Assembly: GCA_963736115.1 (NCBI GenBank)
Contig: CAVTNR010000019.1
Span: forward strand, 14,914-78,913
DNA: 64,000 bases
Origin: an uncultured bacterium
Lineage (GTDB): Bacteria > Zhuqueibacterota > QNDG01 > DTFT01
Direction: 5' to 3'
Shown one piece after another: positions 9,073 to 18,646 of the stretch; position 1 is the first letter of the stretch, and each line of letters begins with the position of its first letter. Under the pieces are notes generated by a model that searched no databases, was not told the DNA's origin, and saw only the letters and a list, made by a program, of their open reading frames with translations. A program made the position numbers and the translations under genes.

Positions 9073-9507
9073 ATGAACGAATCGAAACCTCCGAAACCCG
9101 AACCCGAATACCGCGGCTGTTTCGCGTGCGGAAGCGACAATCCGCGGGGGATCCATCTGGAACCGCGGGATGAAAACAGCGAAGCGGTCGCGGTTTTCAT
9201 CCCGGACGCCGCGCTCGAAGGGTATCACGGCGTCACGCACGGCGGCTTGATCGCCACGGTGCTGGACGAAATCATGGTCTGGTCCGCCCGATTCGCGGCG
9301 GATACCGCGGCTGTCACAGGGGAGATGACGGTACGGTATCTCAAGCCGGTATCCACGGGTGTACGCTACACGGCCAGGGGCAGAGTCACGGAAAACAAGG
9401 GCCGGCTTATACGGACTGAAGGCACACTTGCGAATGAAGCCGGGGTGATCGTTGCCCGGGCGCAGGCAAAACTGTTCGCAGTCAAACAGAAACCCGGAGA
9501 ACAGTAA
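9073..9507 (+). CDS. PaaI/hotdog-fold acyl-CoA thioesterase
   Basis: CFACGSDNPRGIHLE ... VTHGGLIATVLDEIM ... typical PaaI-family core. 144 aa. Confidence 0.75.
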   Translation: MNESKPPKPEPEYRGCFACGSDNPRGIHLEPRDENSEAVAVFIPDAALEGYHGVTHGGLIATVLDEIMVWSARFAADTAAVTGEMTVRYLKPVSTGVRYTARGRVTENKGRLIRTEGTLANEAGVIVARAQAKLFAVKQKPGEQ

Positions 9508-9725
9508 CAATAGAGAATTAGAACACCACGGAATCACACGAGATAAAAAAGATTATATTCAATCAACCATTATCTTCATCCGTGTTCTTTCGTGACGCCC
9601 AGCGGTGATCTTATACTGACTTGGACAAAGACGGATAATCGGACCGACTTGGTCATTTGGAGAGAATGTCAAACATTCCACGGTATTTAAGTGTTTGATT
9701 TTTATAGATCAATTGTGGTTCCTGC

Positions 9726-9754
9726 TTGATTTTTATCATAATTTTTCATAATAT
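9726..9754 (+). promoter_or_regulatory. Sigma70-like promoter candidate upstream of the fumarase genes
   Basis: TTGATT (9726-9731), 17-nt spacer, TAATAT (9749-9754), 26 nt before ATG 9780, inside an AT-rich island. Confidence 0.4.
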
Positions 9755-9779
9755 GCACCCTTTGTTTTATGGGAATCGA

Positions 9780-10628
9780 ATGAATATTCGAGAACTGTCC
9801 ATTCAGACCGTGACCGACACTGTGGCACGGTTATGCATGGAAGCCAATTTTTTTCTCGGCGAGGATATACTCGCGAAACTCAGGGAATGCCTGGAACGGG
9901 AAGAATCCCCCCTGGGTAAAAGTGTATTGGAGCAGGTTCTCCGGAATGCGGCTGTCGCCTGCGAGAATAAAGTGGCCATGTGTCAGGACACCGGTTACAC
10001 CGTCCTGTTTATCGAGATCGGCCAGGACGTTCATTTCACGGGCGGCGGACTCATGGAAGCGGTTCAGGAAGGCGTACGCCGGGCCACCCAATCCGGCCCG
10101 CTCCGCAAATCCGTGGTCCGCGACCCTTTGCGCAGGGTCAATACCGGGGACAACACACCGGCAATCGTGCACACGGACATCGTCCCGGGTGATCGTGTCC
10201 GTCTGATCGTCGCGCCCAAGGGCGGCGGCAGTGAAAACATGAGTGAAGTGAAAATGATGGCCCCATCCGCAGGAAGGGAAGGAGTCATGGATTTCGTCAC
10301 GGACCGGGTGAGGCGGTCCGGTCCGAATCCGTGCCCGCCCGTGATCGTGGGCGTGGGACTGGGCGGGACATTCGAGAAATGCGCATTTCTCGCCAAGAAG
10401 TCCCTGCTCCGAACGCTCGGAGAACCGAATCCGGATCCCTATTATGCGGAGATGGAATCGGAACTGCTGGAGCGCATCAACGCCCTCGGAATCGGCCCCA
10501 TGGGATACGGGGGCCGCTGTACGGCTCTGGCCGTTCATATTGAGGCGCATCCGTGCCACATCGCCAGCCTGCCCGCGGCCGTGAACATTCAATGCCACGC
10601 GGCCCGGCACAAGGAGGCCGTGCTGTGA
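9780..10628 (+). CDS. Class I (Fe-S) fumarate/tartrate hydratase, alpha subunit
   Basis: ...KVAMCQDTGYTVLFIEIGQDV ... TPAIVHTDIVPG ... APKGGGSENMS ... GVGLGGTFE... matches the Fe-S hydro-lyase alpha domain. ATG 9780 chosen. Confidence 0.85.
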   Translation: MNIRELSIQTVTDTVARLCMEANFFLGEDILAKLRECLEREESPLGKSVLEQVLRNAAVACENKVAMCQDTGYTVLFIEIGQDVHFTGGGLMEAVQEGVRRATQSGPLRKSVVRDPLRRVNTGDNTPAIVHTDIVPGDRVRLIVAPKGGGSENMSEVKMMAPSAGREGVMDFVTDRVRRSGPNPCPPVIVGVGLGGTFEKCAFLAKKSLLRTLGEPNPDPYYAEMESELLERINALGIGPMGYGGRCTALAVHIEAHPCHIASLPAAVNIQCHAARHKEAVL

Positions 10629-11191
10629 GCGGTCTTTCCAAGCGGATCCGCACGCCGCTGGGAGAGTCCGAAACAGCGGGCCTGCGGAGCGGGGACCTCG
10701 TCCTGCTCTCGGGCACGGTGTACACGGCCCGCGACGCCGCGCATCAGCGCATGGCTGAAAAGATCCGGCTGGACGAGCCCCTGCCGTTCGGACTGGCCGG
10801 ACAGGTGCTGTTCTACGCGGGTCCCGTACCCGCGGCCCCGGGCCGCGTCATCGGATCCATCGGCCCCACGTCGAGCTACCGTATGGATCCGTACACCCTT
10901 CCCCTGCTCGAGCGCGGGCTGAAAGGCATGATCGGAAAGGGCAACCGGTCCCCCGAGATCGTGGAGGCGATGAGGCGCTGCGGCGCTGTGTATTTCGCCG
11001 CAACCGGGGGAGCCGCGGCGCTTTACGCCGGAACCGTGAAGCGGTCCGTGCTGATCGCGTTCGACGACCTCGGGCCCGAGGCCGTGTACAGGCTCGAGGT
11101 GGAAAACATGCCGCTGGTCGTTGTCAATGACTGCCAGGGCGGGGATTTGTATCGGGAAGGGGTGGAGAAATATAAAGTTCATAGTTCATAG
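10625..11191 (+). CDS. Class I fumarate/tartrate hydratase, beta subunit
   Basis: GTGA overlap with the alpha gene. LLSGTVYTARDAAHQRM ... FYAGPVP ... GPTSSYRMDPY ... GMIGKGNRS ... YFAATGGAAAL. The last codons (KVHSS*) run into a GTTCATA heptad array. Confidence 0.85.
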   Translation: MSGLSKRIRTPLGESETAGLRSGDLVLLSGTVYTARDAAHQRMAEKIRLDEPLPFGLAGQVLFYAGPVPAAPGRVIGSIGPTSSYRMDPYTLPLLERGLKGMIGKGNRSPEIVEAMRRCGAVYFAATGGAAALYAGTVKRSVLIAFDDLGPEAVYRLEVENMPLVVVNDCQGGDLYREGVEKYKVHSS

Positions 11192-11343
11192 TTCATGGTT
11201 CATAGTTGGAAACAGAAAGCGGGAAATATTTTCAATGAACCATGAACGACGAACTCTATCCTGTCCGAAAGGCCCGCGAAAAGAGGCGGGCCATTTCGGA
11301 CCTACAATGCGCTATGAACTCGAAACCATGAACTATGAACCAT
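11177..11343. repeat. GTTCATR heptad inverted array (left arm 11177-11207; right-arm pieces 11235-11255 and 11312-11343) with a REP hairpin nested in the right arm
   Basis: gttcata gttcata gttcatg gttcata ... atgaac catgaac gacgaac ... [REP] ... ctatgaac tcgaaac catgaac tatgaac. Confidence 0.75.
11263..11305 (+). repeat. REP hairpin copy (GTCCGAAAG...CATTTCGGACCTAC family)
   Basis: GTCCGAAAGGCCCGCgaaaagagGCGGGCCATTTCGGACCTAC. Confidence 0.75.
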
Positions 11344-11351
11344 TGAGACCC

Positions 11352-12200
11352 ATGCCCCAACTGAACGAAATAACACGCAAGCGCGTGCTGGCTCCCCAGG
11401 TGATATGGTTCGAGCTGTACTGCCCGGACATCGCGTCGCACGCGAAACCGGGCCAGTTCGCGGTTGTGCGCAAGGACGAATTCGCGGAGCGAATCCCCCT
11501 GACCCTGGCGGATTTCGACGCGGCCGAAGGCACAATCGTCCTCATCATTCAGGAAGCCGGCCTGTCCACGAAGAAGCTTTGCGGCCTGAACGAAGGGGAG
11601 CGCATCATGGATGTGCTGGGGCCCCTGGGACATCCGTCTGAAATCGAAAATTTCGGCACCGTGGTCTGCATCGGCGGCGGCGTCGGCGCGGCGCCGATGT
11701 ACCCGGTCACGCGCGGCTTGAAAAACGCGGGCAACCGCGTCCTCTCCATACTCGGGGCCCGCTCGAAGGAATTCCTCATTCTCGAGGAGGAGACCCGCAG
11801 GATCAGTGATGAACTGCATCTCTGCACGGACGACGGCTCCTCTGGATTCAAGGGGTTCGTTTCCGGGAAACTGGCGGAGCTCATCGCATCCGGGGAGAAG
11901 ATCGACCGCGTCTGGGCCATCGGTCCGGGCGTCATGATGAAGGCCGTCTGCGACGTGACCCGGCCCGCCGGAATCTCCACCGTGGTCAGCCTGAACACGC
12001 TGATGGTGGACGGAACGGGCATGTGCGGCGGCTGCCGCATCACAGTCGGCGGCAAAGTGAAATTCGTCTGCGTCGACGGTCCGGAATTCGACGGACATCA
12101 GGTGATTTTCGAAGAACTGCTGAAACGGTCGCGCATGTACGCGGACCGGGAGTCCCGGGCCGCAAGCGAGCATGCCTGCAGGCTGGGGCTGAAACCATGA
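11352..12200 (+). CDS. nfnA: NfnA/SudB-like ferredoxin-NADP(+) reductase subunit (FAD/NAD-binding, [2Fe-2S])
   Basis: PGQFAVVR ... ERIPLTLADFD ... VVCIGGGVGAAPMYP ... C-terminal GMCGGCRITVGGKVKFVCVDGPEFDG cluster motif. Start could be ATG 11352 or 11329. Confidence 0.75.
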   Translation: MPQLNEITRKRVLAPQVIWFELYCPDIASHAKPGQFAVVRKDEFAERIPLTLADFDAAEGTIVLIIQEAGLSTKKLCGLNEGERIMDVLGPLGHPSEIENFGTVVCIGGGVGAAPMYPVTRGLKNAGNRVLSILGARSKEFLILEEETRRISDELHLCTDDGSSGFKGFVSGKLAELIASGEKIDRVWAIGPGVMMKAVCDVTRPAGISTVVSLNTLMVDGTGMCGGCRITVGGKVKFVCVDGPEFDGHQVIFEELLKRSRMYADRESRAASEHACRLGLKP

Positions 12201-13627
12201 GCGGTTCCGTGAAAAACGACCGGGTCGAAATGCCCAGACAGCCGGCCGCGGAGCGCATCCGAAACTTCGACGAGGTGGCGCTGGGATACTCGGAGGCGGA
12301 TGCCCGTCGCGAGGCGGACCGGTGCATTCAGTGCAAAAAACCGCTCTGTGTGCAGGGTTGTCCCGTGGACATCGACATACCGCGCTTCATCCTGCAGATC
12401 CGCGAAGGCGACGACGCGGGAGCCGCGGCCACGCTCAAACTGAAAAACAGCCTGCCGGCCGTATGCGGCCGTGTGTGTCCCCAGGAAGAGCAGTGCGAAA
12501 AACTCTGTATCCTCGGCAGGAAGGGCCGGCCTGTGGCCATCGGCAGACTCGAGCGGTATGCCGCGGACCGTGAGACTGAGGCAGGGGAAGTCATTCCAGC
12601 CGTGGCTCCTCGGTCTGCTTCCCGGCCATCCGTGGCTCCGCCGACAGGCAAAAGCGTGGCCGTCATCGGCGCGGGGCCTGCGGGCCTGGCCGCGGCTGGA
12701 GAACTGGCCAAGCTCGGCCACCGCGTGACGGTTTTCGAGGCTTTGCACAAACCCGGCGGCGTGCTCGTCTACGGCATTCCCGAGTTCCGTCTGCCCAAAT
12801 CCATTGTCGAGCAGGAATGCGATTTCATCCGGAGCCTCGGCGTGGAGATCCGGTGCAATTTCGTGATCGGCCGGTCCGGAACGGTGGACGAACTGCTCCG
12901 GTCCGGTTTTAACGCGGTTTTCGTGGGCACCGGGGCCGGTTTGCCCTATTTCATGAACATTCCGGGCGAAAACCTGAACGGCGTCTATTCATCGAACGAA
13001 TTTCTGACCCGGGTCAACCTCATGAAGGCGTACCTTTTCCCGGAATACGACACACCGGTGCATGTGGGCAGAACCGTGGCCGTGATCGGTGGGGGAAATG
13101 TGGCCATGGACGCGGCGCGTTGCAGTCTCAGGCTTGGCGCGGAAACCGTCCACCTGGTGTACAGGCGGAGCAGGGAACAGCTTCCCGCCCGGGAGGAGGA
13201 AATCGAAAACGCGTTTGAAGAGGGTGTCAGGCCCGTTTTTCTGACCGTACCGATCGAAATTCTGGGCGACGAAAACGGCTGGGTGAGGGGCCTGGAATGC
13301 ATCCGGATGGAACTGGGCGAGCCGGACGCATCCGGCAGGCGGAAACCCGTGCCTGTGGCCGGCTCCAACCACATTCTGGAGGCGGATACCGTGATCATGG
13401 CCATTGGCCAGGGCCCGAATCCTCTGCTGACACTGACCACGCCGGGCCTGGAATTGAACAAGTGGGGCTATATTGTGGCGGACGAGGCCACTGGCGCGAC
13501 GTCGAAAAAGGGTGTTTTTGCGGGCGGGGACATTGTGACAGGAGCCGCCACCGTGATCCTGGCCATGGGCGCAGGCAAGAAGGCGGCAATGTCTATCCAC
13601 AAGTATTTACAAGAGGATAAGCCATAA
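12197..13627 (+). CDS. nfnB: NfnB/GltD-like pyridine-nucleotide oxidoreductase (glutamate synthase small-chain family)
   Basis: ATGA overlap with the upstream gene. RCIQCKKPLCVQGCPVDIDIPRFI, CGRVCPQEEQCE, VAVIGAGPAGLAAA, VAVIGGGNVAMDAAR, FAGGDIVTGAATVI. Confidence 0.85.
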   Translation: MSGSVKNDRVEMPRQPAAERIRNFDEVALGYSEADARREADRCIQCKKPLCVQGCPVDIDIPRFILQIREGDDAGAAATLKLKNSLPAVCGRVCPQEEQCEKLCILGRKGRPVAIGRLERYAADRETEAGEVIPAVAPRSASRPSVAPPTGKSVAVIGAGPAGLAAAGELAKLGHRVTVFEALHKPGGVLVYGIPEFRLPKSIVEQECDFIRSLGVEIRCNFVIGRSGTVDELLRSGFNAVFVGTGAGLPYFMNIPGENLNGVYSSNEFLTRVNLMKAYLFPEYDTPVHVGRTVAVIGGGNVAMDAARCSLRLGAETVHLVYRRSREQLPAREEEIENAFEEGVRPVFLTVPIEILGDENGWVRGLECIRMELGEPDASGRRKPVPVAGSNHILEADTVIMAIGQGPNPLLTLTTPGLELNKWGYIVADEATGATSKKGVFAGGDIVTGAATVILAMGAGKKAAMSIHKYLQEDKP

Positions 13628-13691
13628 TATTGACAGGATAGCCCATCCCAATCGATTTTAGACTTGACATAAAACGGAGAAATGACTAAAT

Positions 13692-14222
13692 TTGCGTTCA
13701 CTTGAAATTGGAGAATTACGGATTTCCCTGTCCGACATCCGCCGGGGAATCCAGGATTTCGAGTTCAAATCCAACCGTCCCGAGTTTCAGGTCGGGATAG
13801 CCGGAGAGAAGTCCCGCGAAGTCGGCATCCATGTTCATGTGACTCCGATGGGCGAGGATTTTCTCGTCGAGGTGTCTACTGCGGGCGTCGGCGATTTCAC
13901 CTGTGACCGGTGCGGCGAACCCGTGCGTCAGACGCTTCAGGGACAGGTTAAAACCCTGTTCATCAGCGGCCAGCCGGCTGAGGGATCCGAGGCTTCGGAC
14001 GAGGTCCGCTTCGTCACCCGGGAAAACCAGACGATAGACGTTCTCCAGGACGCGGTGGACGCCCTGCAACTGGCGGTCCCGGTTAAAATTCTGTGCCGGG
14101 AATCGTGCCAGGGTCTTTGTACTTCCTGCGGAAAAAATCTGAACGAGGAGCCGTGCGCATGCAGGCGGGAGAACGGGGACGGCCGCTGGGAAATATTGAA
14201 AAATTTGAATTTCGATAAGTAA
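13692..14222 (+). CDS. yceD: YceD/DUF177 family protein
   Basis: CDRCGEPV ... CRESCQGLCTSCGKNLNEEPCAC cysteine pattern, and the conserved position directly upstream of rpmF. Confidence 0.8.
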   Translation: MRSLEIGELRISLSDIRRGIQDFEFKSNRPEFQVGIAGEKSREVGIHVHVTPMGEDFLVEVSTAGVGDFTCDRCGEPVRQTLQGQVKTLFISGQPAEGSEASDEVRFVTRENQTIDVLQDAVDALQLAVPVKILCRESCQGLCTSCGKNLNEEPCACRRENGDGRWEILKNLNFDK

Positions 14223-14246
14223 AACGGTTCATGAAAGGAGTTTTTT

Positions 14247-14429
14247 GTGCCCCTACCCAAGCACAAACATTCGAAGTCCCGGAGGGACAAACGGCGCACG
14301 CACCAGAAAATCGCCGCGCCCGGCGTCGGCACGTGCTCGCACTGCCACCACCCCAAGCTGACCCATCGCGCCTGCCCGAACTGCGGGTATTACAACGGTA
14401 AAATGGTTACCGTCCCCAGGGAAGTCTGA
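14247..14429 (+). CDS. rpmF: 50S ribosomal protein L32
   Basis: GTG start. PLPKHKHSKSRRDKRRTH ... CSHCHHPKLTHRACPNCGYYNGK. Confidence 0.9.
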   Translation: MPLPKHKHSKSRRDKRRTHQKIAAPGVGTCSHCHHPKLTHRACPNCGYYNGKMVTVPREV

Positions 14430-14460
14430 TCCCGCCCGAGCCTGAGGAGCCCCGACACAC

Positions 14461-15516
14461 ATGATGAAAATCGCCCTGGATGCCATGGGAGGAGACCGCG
14501 CGCCGCACGACATCGTGTCCGGCGGGATCCTGGCTGCCCGTGCATCCAAGGGCAGATACGAGGTCGTTCTGGTCGGGGACGAGAAGACCGTACGGGCGGA
14601 GCTGGACAAGCACCGTTTCATCCGGGATCTCCCGATTTCAGTCGTGCATGCGAGCCAGACCGTGGACATGGACGAGCCTCCGGCGCAGGCCATGCGCCAG
14701 AAGCCCGATTCCTCCATTGCCGTGGCCGTGAAACTGCACAAGGAGGGCCAGGTCAGCGGCGTGGTCAGCGCCGGGAACACAGGCGCCATGCTGGCGGCCA
14801 GCCTGTTCACGCTCAGAACCATCGACGGGATTATACGGCCGGCGATCGGGGCTTTTCTGCCGCGCGGCCGGGGCGATGTCACGCTGCTCATCGACAGCGG
14901 CGCCAATGTCGACTGCAAGCCCGTGCACCTGCTCCAATTCGGCATCATGGGGTCGATCCTGATGAATCTGCTCTTCGAAATCGAAGAGCCCAAAGTCGGA
15001 CTGCTGAGCGTGGGAGAGGAGCCGACCAAGGGGAATGACACGGTGGTCGAGGCGCACAGCCTTCTGGCTTCGGGTCCCATCCGCTTCATCGGCAATGTCG
15101 AGGGCCGCGATGTGCTTCGGGACAAGGCCGATGTGGTGGTGTGCGACGGGTTCACCGGGAATGTGCTTGTCAAATTCGCCGGCGGCCTGGCCAAAGTGCT
15201 GTCCTCGACGCTGAAGCAGAAAATCGGAGGCAATATCGCGGGAAGGGCAGGGGCCTTTCTCATGCGGCACAAGTTCCGAAAGTTCATCAAGGTGTTCGAT
15301 TCTCAGGAGTACGGGGGGGCCCCGCTGCTGGGCGTGAAGGGGACGGTCATCATCTCCCACGGAAGCTCCACCCCCTATGCCATACGCAACGCCGTGGAGG
15401 AGGCCTACAAGCTCGCGCAGAAGGGCATCCCCCAGCGCATTGAGGCGCAGATCAAGCAGTTGAAAGACCCCGCCGCCCGCTTCGCGGGACCAAGCAATTA
15501 TGTGCCTTCTGGTTGA
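14461..15516 (+). CDS. plsX: Phosphate acyltransferase PlsX
   Basis: KIALDAMGGDRAP ... SAGNTGA ... DGFTGNVLVK ... GAPLLGVKGTVIISHGSS. Confidence 0.9.
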   Translation: MMKIALDAMGGDRAPHDIVSGGILAARASKGRYEVVLVGDEKTVRAELDKHRFIRDLPISVVHASQTVDMDEPPAQAMRQKPDSSIAVAVKLHKEGQVSGVVSAGNTGAMLAASLFTLRTIDGIIRPAIGAFLPRGRGDVTLLIDSGANVDCKPVHLLQFGIMGSILMNLLFEIEEPKVGLLSVGEEPTKGNDTVVEAHSLLASGPIRFIGNVEGRDVLRDKADVVVCDGFTGNVLVKFAGGLAKVLSSTLKQKIGGNIAGRAGAFLMRHKFRKFIKVFDSQEYGGAPLLGVKGTVIISHGSSTPYAIRNAVEEAYKLAQKGIPQRIEAQIKQLKDPAARFAGPSNYVPSG

Positions 15517-15572
15517 AGGCAGGCAGTGGGGTATCAAAAGGAATATAAATGATGGGCGCCGCGGGCGGCGGT

Positions 15573-15687
15573 GAATCTGATCGCTCGCGCATTCCCCGCC
15601 GCTTTCGGCGGGGTAAGCGAGCGAATATCAAATATTTTCTTCACTGCAGATAGAAGATCCCCCGCGGCTTGCCGCGGGGAGCTTCAA
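15573..15687 (+). repeat. 115-bp two-hairpin intergenic element, copy 1
   Basis: Hairpins CCCCGCCGCtttcGGCGGGG (15594-15613) and CCCCGCGGCttGCCGCGGGG (15660-15679) flank taagcgagcgaatatcaaatattttcttcactgcagatagaagat. An inverted, longer copy lies at 32790-32948. Confidence 0.75.
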
Positions 15688-15785
15688 TACGACCCGTCGG
15701 AGCGGCCAGAAGCCTGCGCTGGCATCATCCAAGGAAAACAGCACTCGGGAACAAAGGCTTCAGGCCGCCCGATTGAAAGGATAGA

Positions 15786-16781
15786 ATGCATTCTCCCGTT
15801 CAGCCGGGGTCGATGATCGCAGGGCTCGGAACCGCGGTTCCGGAAAGGGTCCTGACGAATTTCGACCTCGAGAAAATGGTAGAGACTTCCGACCAGTGGA
15901 TCCGGGAACGTTCCGGGATCGAAAGGCGCCATATTCTCGGCGCGGATGAAAACAATTCCGATCTTGCGACGGCCGCGGCGAAGCGGGCGCTCGACGAGGC
16001 CGGCCTGGGGCCGGAGGATGTCGAGTGCATCGTGCTCGCGACCATCACGCAGGAGTACCCCTTTCCGGCCACGGCCTGTCTGGTTCAGGCCAAGCTCGGC
16101 GCGACGCAGGCCGCGGCGTTCGACCTGTCGGCCGCCTGTTCCGGATTTGTGTACGCGCTCCAGCTCGGGGACAGCATGATCCGGTCGGGCGTCTATAAAA
16201 ACGTTCTCGTCATCGGGTCCGAGGCTTTGTCGCGGGTCACGGACTGGCAGAACCGGTCCACCTGCGTACTCTTCGGAGACGGCGCCGGAGCGGTTGTCCT
16301 CGTCCCCTCGGACGGGAAACGAGGCATCCTCTCGACCTACGCAAAAAGCGACGGCCGTCTCACCGAACTGCTCTGGATCCCGGCGGGCGGCACCGCCCGG
16401 CCGGCTTCCCATGAGACCGTGGACCAGCGCCTCCACTTCATTCAGATGGAGGGCCGCGAGGTATTCAAGCATGCGGTCCGCACCATGACCGACGCGGCGA
16501 AAAAGGCGGTCAAACTCGCCCGCCTGGAATTCACCGACATCGATTGGCTGATTCCCCACCAGGCCAATATCCGCATCATCGAGGCGATCGCCGAGCGCGT
16601 GCACATTCCGCGCGAGCGCATCGTCGTCAACCTGCAGGAATACGGCAACACATCTTCGGCCTCCATCCCGCTCGCCATGGACGAGGCGAGGCGGGACGGC
16701 CGCATCCAGCCCGGGCACAAGTGCCTGCTCATCGCCTTCGGCGGCGGCTTCACCTGGGCCTCCTCCGTGGTCGTTCTTTAG
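15786..16781 (+). CDS. fabH: 3-oxoacyl-ACP synthase III
   Basis: ...LEKMVETSDQWIRERSGIERR ... AACSGFVYAL ... IPHQANIRII ... YGNTSSASIPLA ... FGGGFTW. Alternative start at ATG 15813. Confidence 0.9.
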   Translation: MHSPVQPGSMIAGLGTAVPERVLTNFDLEKMVETSDQWIRERSGIERRHILGADENNSDLATAAAKRALDEAGLGPEDVECIVLATITQEYPFPATACLVQAKLGATQAAAFDLSAACSGFVYALQLGDSMIRSGVYKNVLVIGSEALSRVTDWQNRSTCVLFGDGAGAVVLVPSDGKRGILSTYAKSDGRLTELLWIPAGGTARPASHETVDQRLHFIQMEGREVFKHAVRTMTDAAKKAVKLARLEFTDIDWLIPHQANIRIIEAIAERVHIPRERIVVNLQEYGNTSSASIPLAMDEARRDGRIQPGHKCLLIAFGGGFTWASSVVVL

Positions 16782-16798
16782 GATCGGAAGGATTCCGG

Positions 16799-17722
16799 AT
16801 GCCGAAGATCGGATTTTTATTTCCCGGGCAGGGCTCACAGGCTGTCGGCATGGGCCGCGATTTCGCCGAATCCCTCGATTGGGCCGCCGGGATGTACCGT
16901 CGGGCGGCCGAACACCTGGGCTTCGACCTCGCGGCCGTCTGCTTCGAAGGACCCGAGGAAACGCTGAGACAGACGCGTTACACACAGCCCGCGCTCATCG
17001 TGCACAGCGCGATCGCGGACCGTCTGCTGCGCGAACGCGGCGTGGTTCCGGACGCGGTGGCGGGGCACAGTCTGGGCGAGTATTCGGCGCTGGTTTCAGC
17101 GGGGGTTCTGTCTTTCGACGGTGCGCTCATTCTGGTCCGCGAGCGTTCGCGTCTCATGTCGGAGGCCGGTTCGAAGCGGCCGGGCGCCATGGCCGCGGTC
17201 ATCGGACTTTCGCCCGGGGACGTCTCCGATCTTTGCCAGAAAGCCTCCGGAGCGGGCATTGTTCAGCCGGCCAATTTCAATTCGCCCGAACAGACTGTGA
17301 TCTCGGGAACCCGCGAGGGCGTGCGGGCCGCGGCTGAAGCGGCGAAGGCGAAGGGCGCCAAAAGGGTGCTGGAACTGCCGGTTTCAGGCGCTTTTCATTC
17401 GCCCCTCATGGAGGAGACCGCCACCGAGTTCGCGCCGGCCGTTGTACGCGCGGCATTCGGCCCGCCTTCCGTGCCCGTGTACACCAACGTGGCGGCTTCG
17501 GCGGCGCTGGACCCGGAGGCGATCCGGGACATGCTGACCCGGCAGATGACCCATCCGGTCCGCTGGGTCGAAACGATACAGTCCATGGTCCGGGACGGCA
17601 TCACGACATTTTACGAGGTGGGACCGGGCAAGGTCCTGGCCGGTCTGGTGAAACGCATCGAACGGGACGCGGAAGTGATTCCCTGCGGCTCGCTCGCGGA
17701 CATCGAGGCTGTACGGGTCTGA
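16799..17722 (+). CDS. fabD: Malonyl-CoA:ACP transacylase
   Basis: FLFPGQGSQAVGMG ... VAGHSLGEYSAL ... SGAFHSPLM. Confidence 0.9.
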   Translation: MPKIGFLFPGQGSQAVGMGRDFAESLDWAAGMYRRAAEHLGFDLAAVCFEGPEETLRQTRYTQPALIVHSAIADRLLRERGVVPDAVAGHSLGEYSALVSAGVLSFDGALILVRERSRLMSEAGSKRPGAMAAVIGLSPGDVSDLCQKASGAGIVQPANFNSPEQTVISGTREGVRAAAEAAKAKGAKRVLELPVSGAFHSPLMEETATEFAPAVVRAAFGPPSVPVYTNVAASAALDPEAIRDMLTRQMTHPVRWVETIQSMVRDGITTFYEVGPGKVLAGLVKRIERDAEVIPCGSLADIEAVRV

Positions 17723-17801
17723 GCGGCCCGGCTTCCGGCGGGATCCCGACGAGGGAATGCGCTCGCTGACAGATTGAAACACAGGAGACGGATTCAGGGA
17801 T

Positions 17802-18548
17802 ATGGGCATTTTGACGGGAAAAATCGCGCTGGTGACCGGCGGGGGCCGGGGGATCGGAAAGGCCATTGTTCTCGAGCTTGCTTCGCAGGGCGCGAATGTG
17901 GTGGTTTCGGACATCGACGCGGATATCGCGGAAAAGACCGCGGCCGAGGCGGCCGGGCTCGGCGTCCGGACGGCCGCCGTGAAGGCGGACGTTTCCCGGG
18001 CGGAGGACGCCGAAGCCATGGTGAAGGCAACGATCGAGGCCATGGGCCGTATCGACATTCTGGTGAACAACGCCGGCGTCACGCGGGACAACCTGCTGAT
18101 GCGCATGGACGAGAAGGACTGGGACCTCGTCCTGCAAGTCAATCTCAAGGGCGCTTTTCTCTGCACCCGGGCCGCGAGCCGTCCCATGATGAAGCAGCGC
18201 GGGGGCAAAATCGTCAACATCGCGTCCGTGGTCGGGCTCATGGGCAACGCAGGCCAGGCCAATTACGCAGCGTCCAAGGCCGGTCTCATCGGGCTGACGA
18301 AAAGCGTGGCCAGGGAGCTGGCCTCGCGCAACGTGCAGGCCAATGCGGTGGCGCCGGGATACATCGAGACCGAGATGACCGCCCACCTGCCGGCCGAGGC
18401 CAGGAATGCTTTTCTGTCCCAGATTCCCATGAAGCGTCCGGGATCGCCGCAGGACGTGGCCCGGGTCGTCGCCTTTCTGGCGTCCCCGGCTTCGGATTAT
18501 ATCACCGGCCAGGTGATCCCGGTGGACGGCGGGATGGTGATGGCTTAA
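17802..18548 (+). CDS. fabG: 3-oxoacyl-ACP reductase
   Basis: [13 protein letters not shown] ... NNAG ... YAASKAG ... full-length SDR, in the fab cluster context. Confidence 0.9.
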   Translation: MGILTGKIALVTGGGRGIGKAIVLELASQGANVVVSDIDADIAEKTAAEAAGLGVRTAAVKADVSRAEDAEAMVKATIEAMGRIDILVNNAGVTRDNLLMRMDEKDWDLVLQVNLKGAFLCTRAASRPMMKQRGGKIVNIASVVGLMGNAGQANYAASKAGLIGLTKSVARELASRNVQANAVAPGYIETEMTAHLPAEARNAFLSQIPMKRPGSPQDVARVVAFLASPASDYITGQVIPVDGGMVMA

Positions 18549-18646
18549 GCAACAGATGGACGGCGGCGGAACCCGGTCCGGGAACCGTCCGCCGAAAGGT
18601 GAGGAATTCAGGCAAATCGAGCACAAAACAAGGAGGTGCAATCATC

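Noticed and set aside
13630-13692. Sigma70-like promoters (TTGACA at 13630 and 13664) upstream of yceD
   Set aside because: The better-spaced -10 (TAAATT 13687-13692) overlaps the only plausible yceD start codon (TTG 13692). The other has no convincing -10. I left it unannotated.
17774-18646. Upstream 290 codons of the 371-aa ORF 17774..18889
   Set aside because: This part is out of frame across fabG and compositionally aberrant (RG-rich). Only the last 80 codons, from ATG 18647, are the acyl carrier protein.
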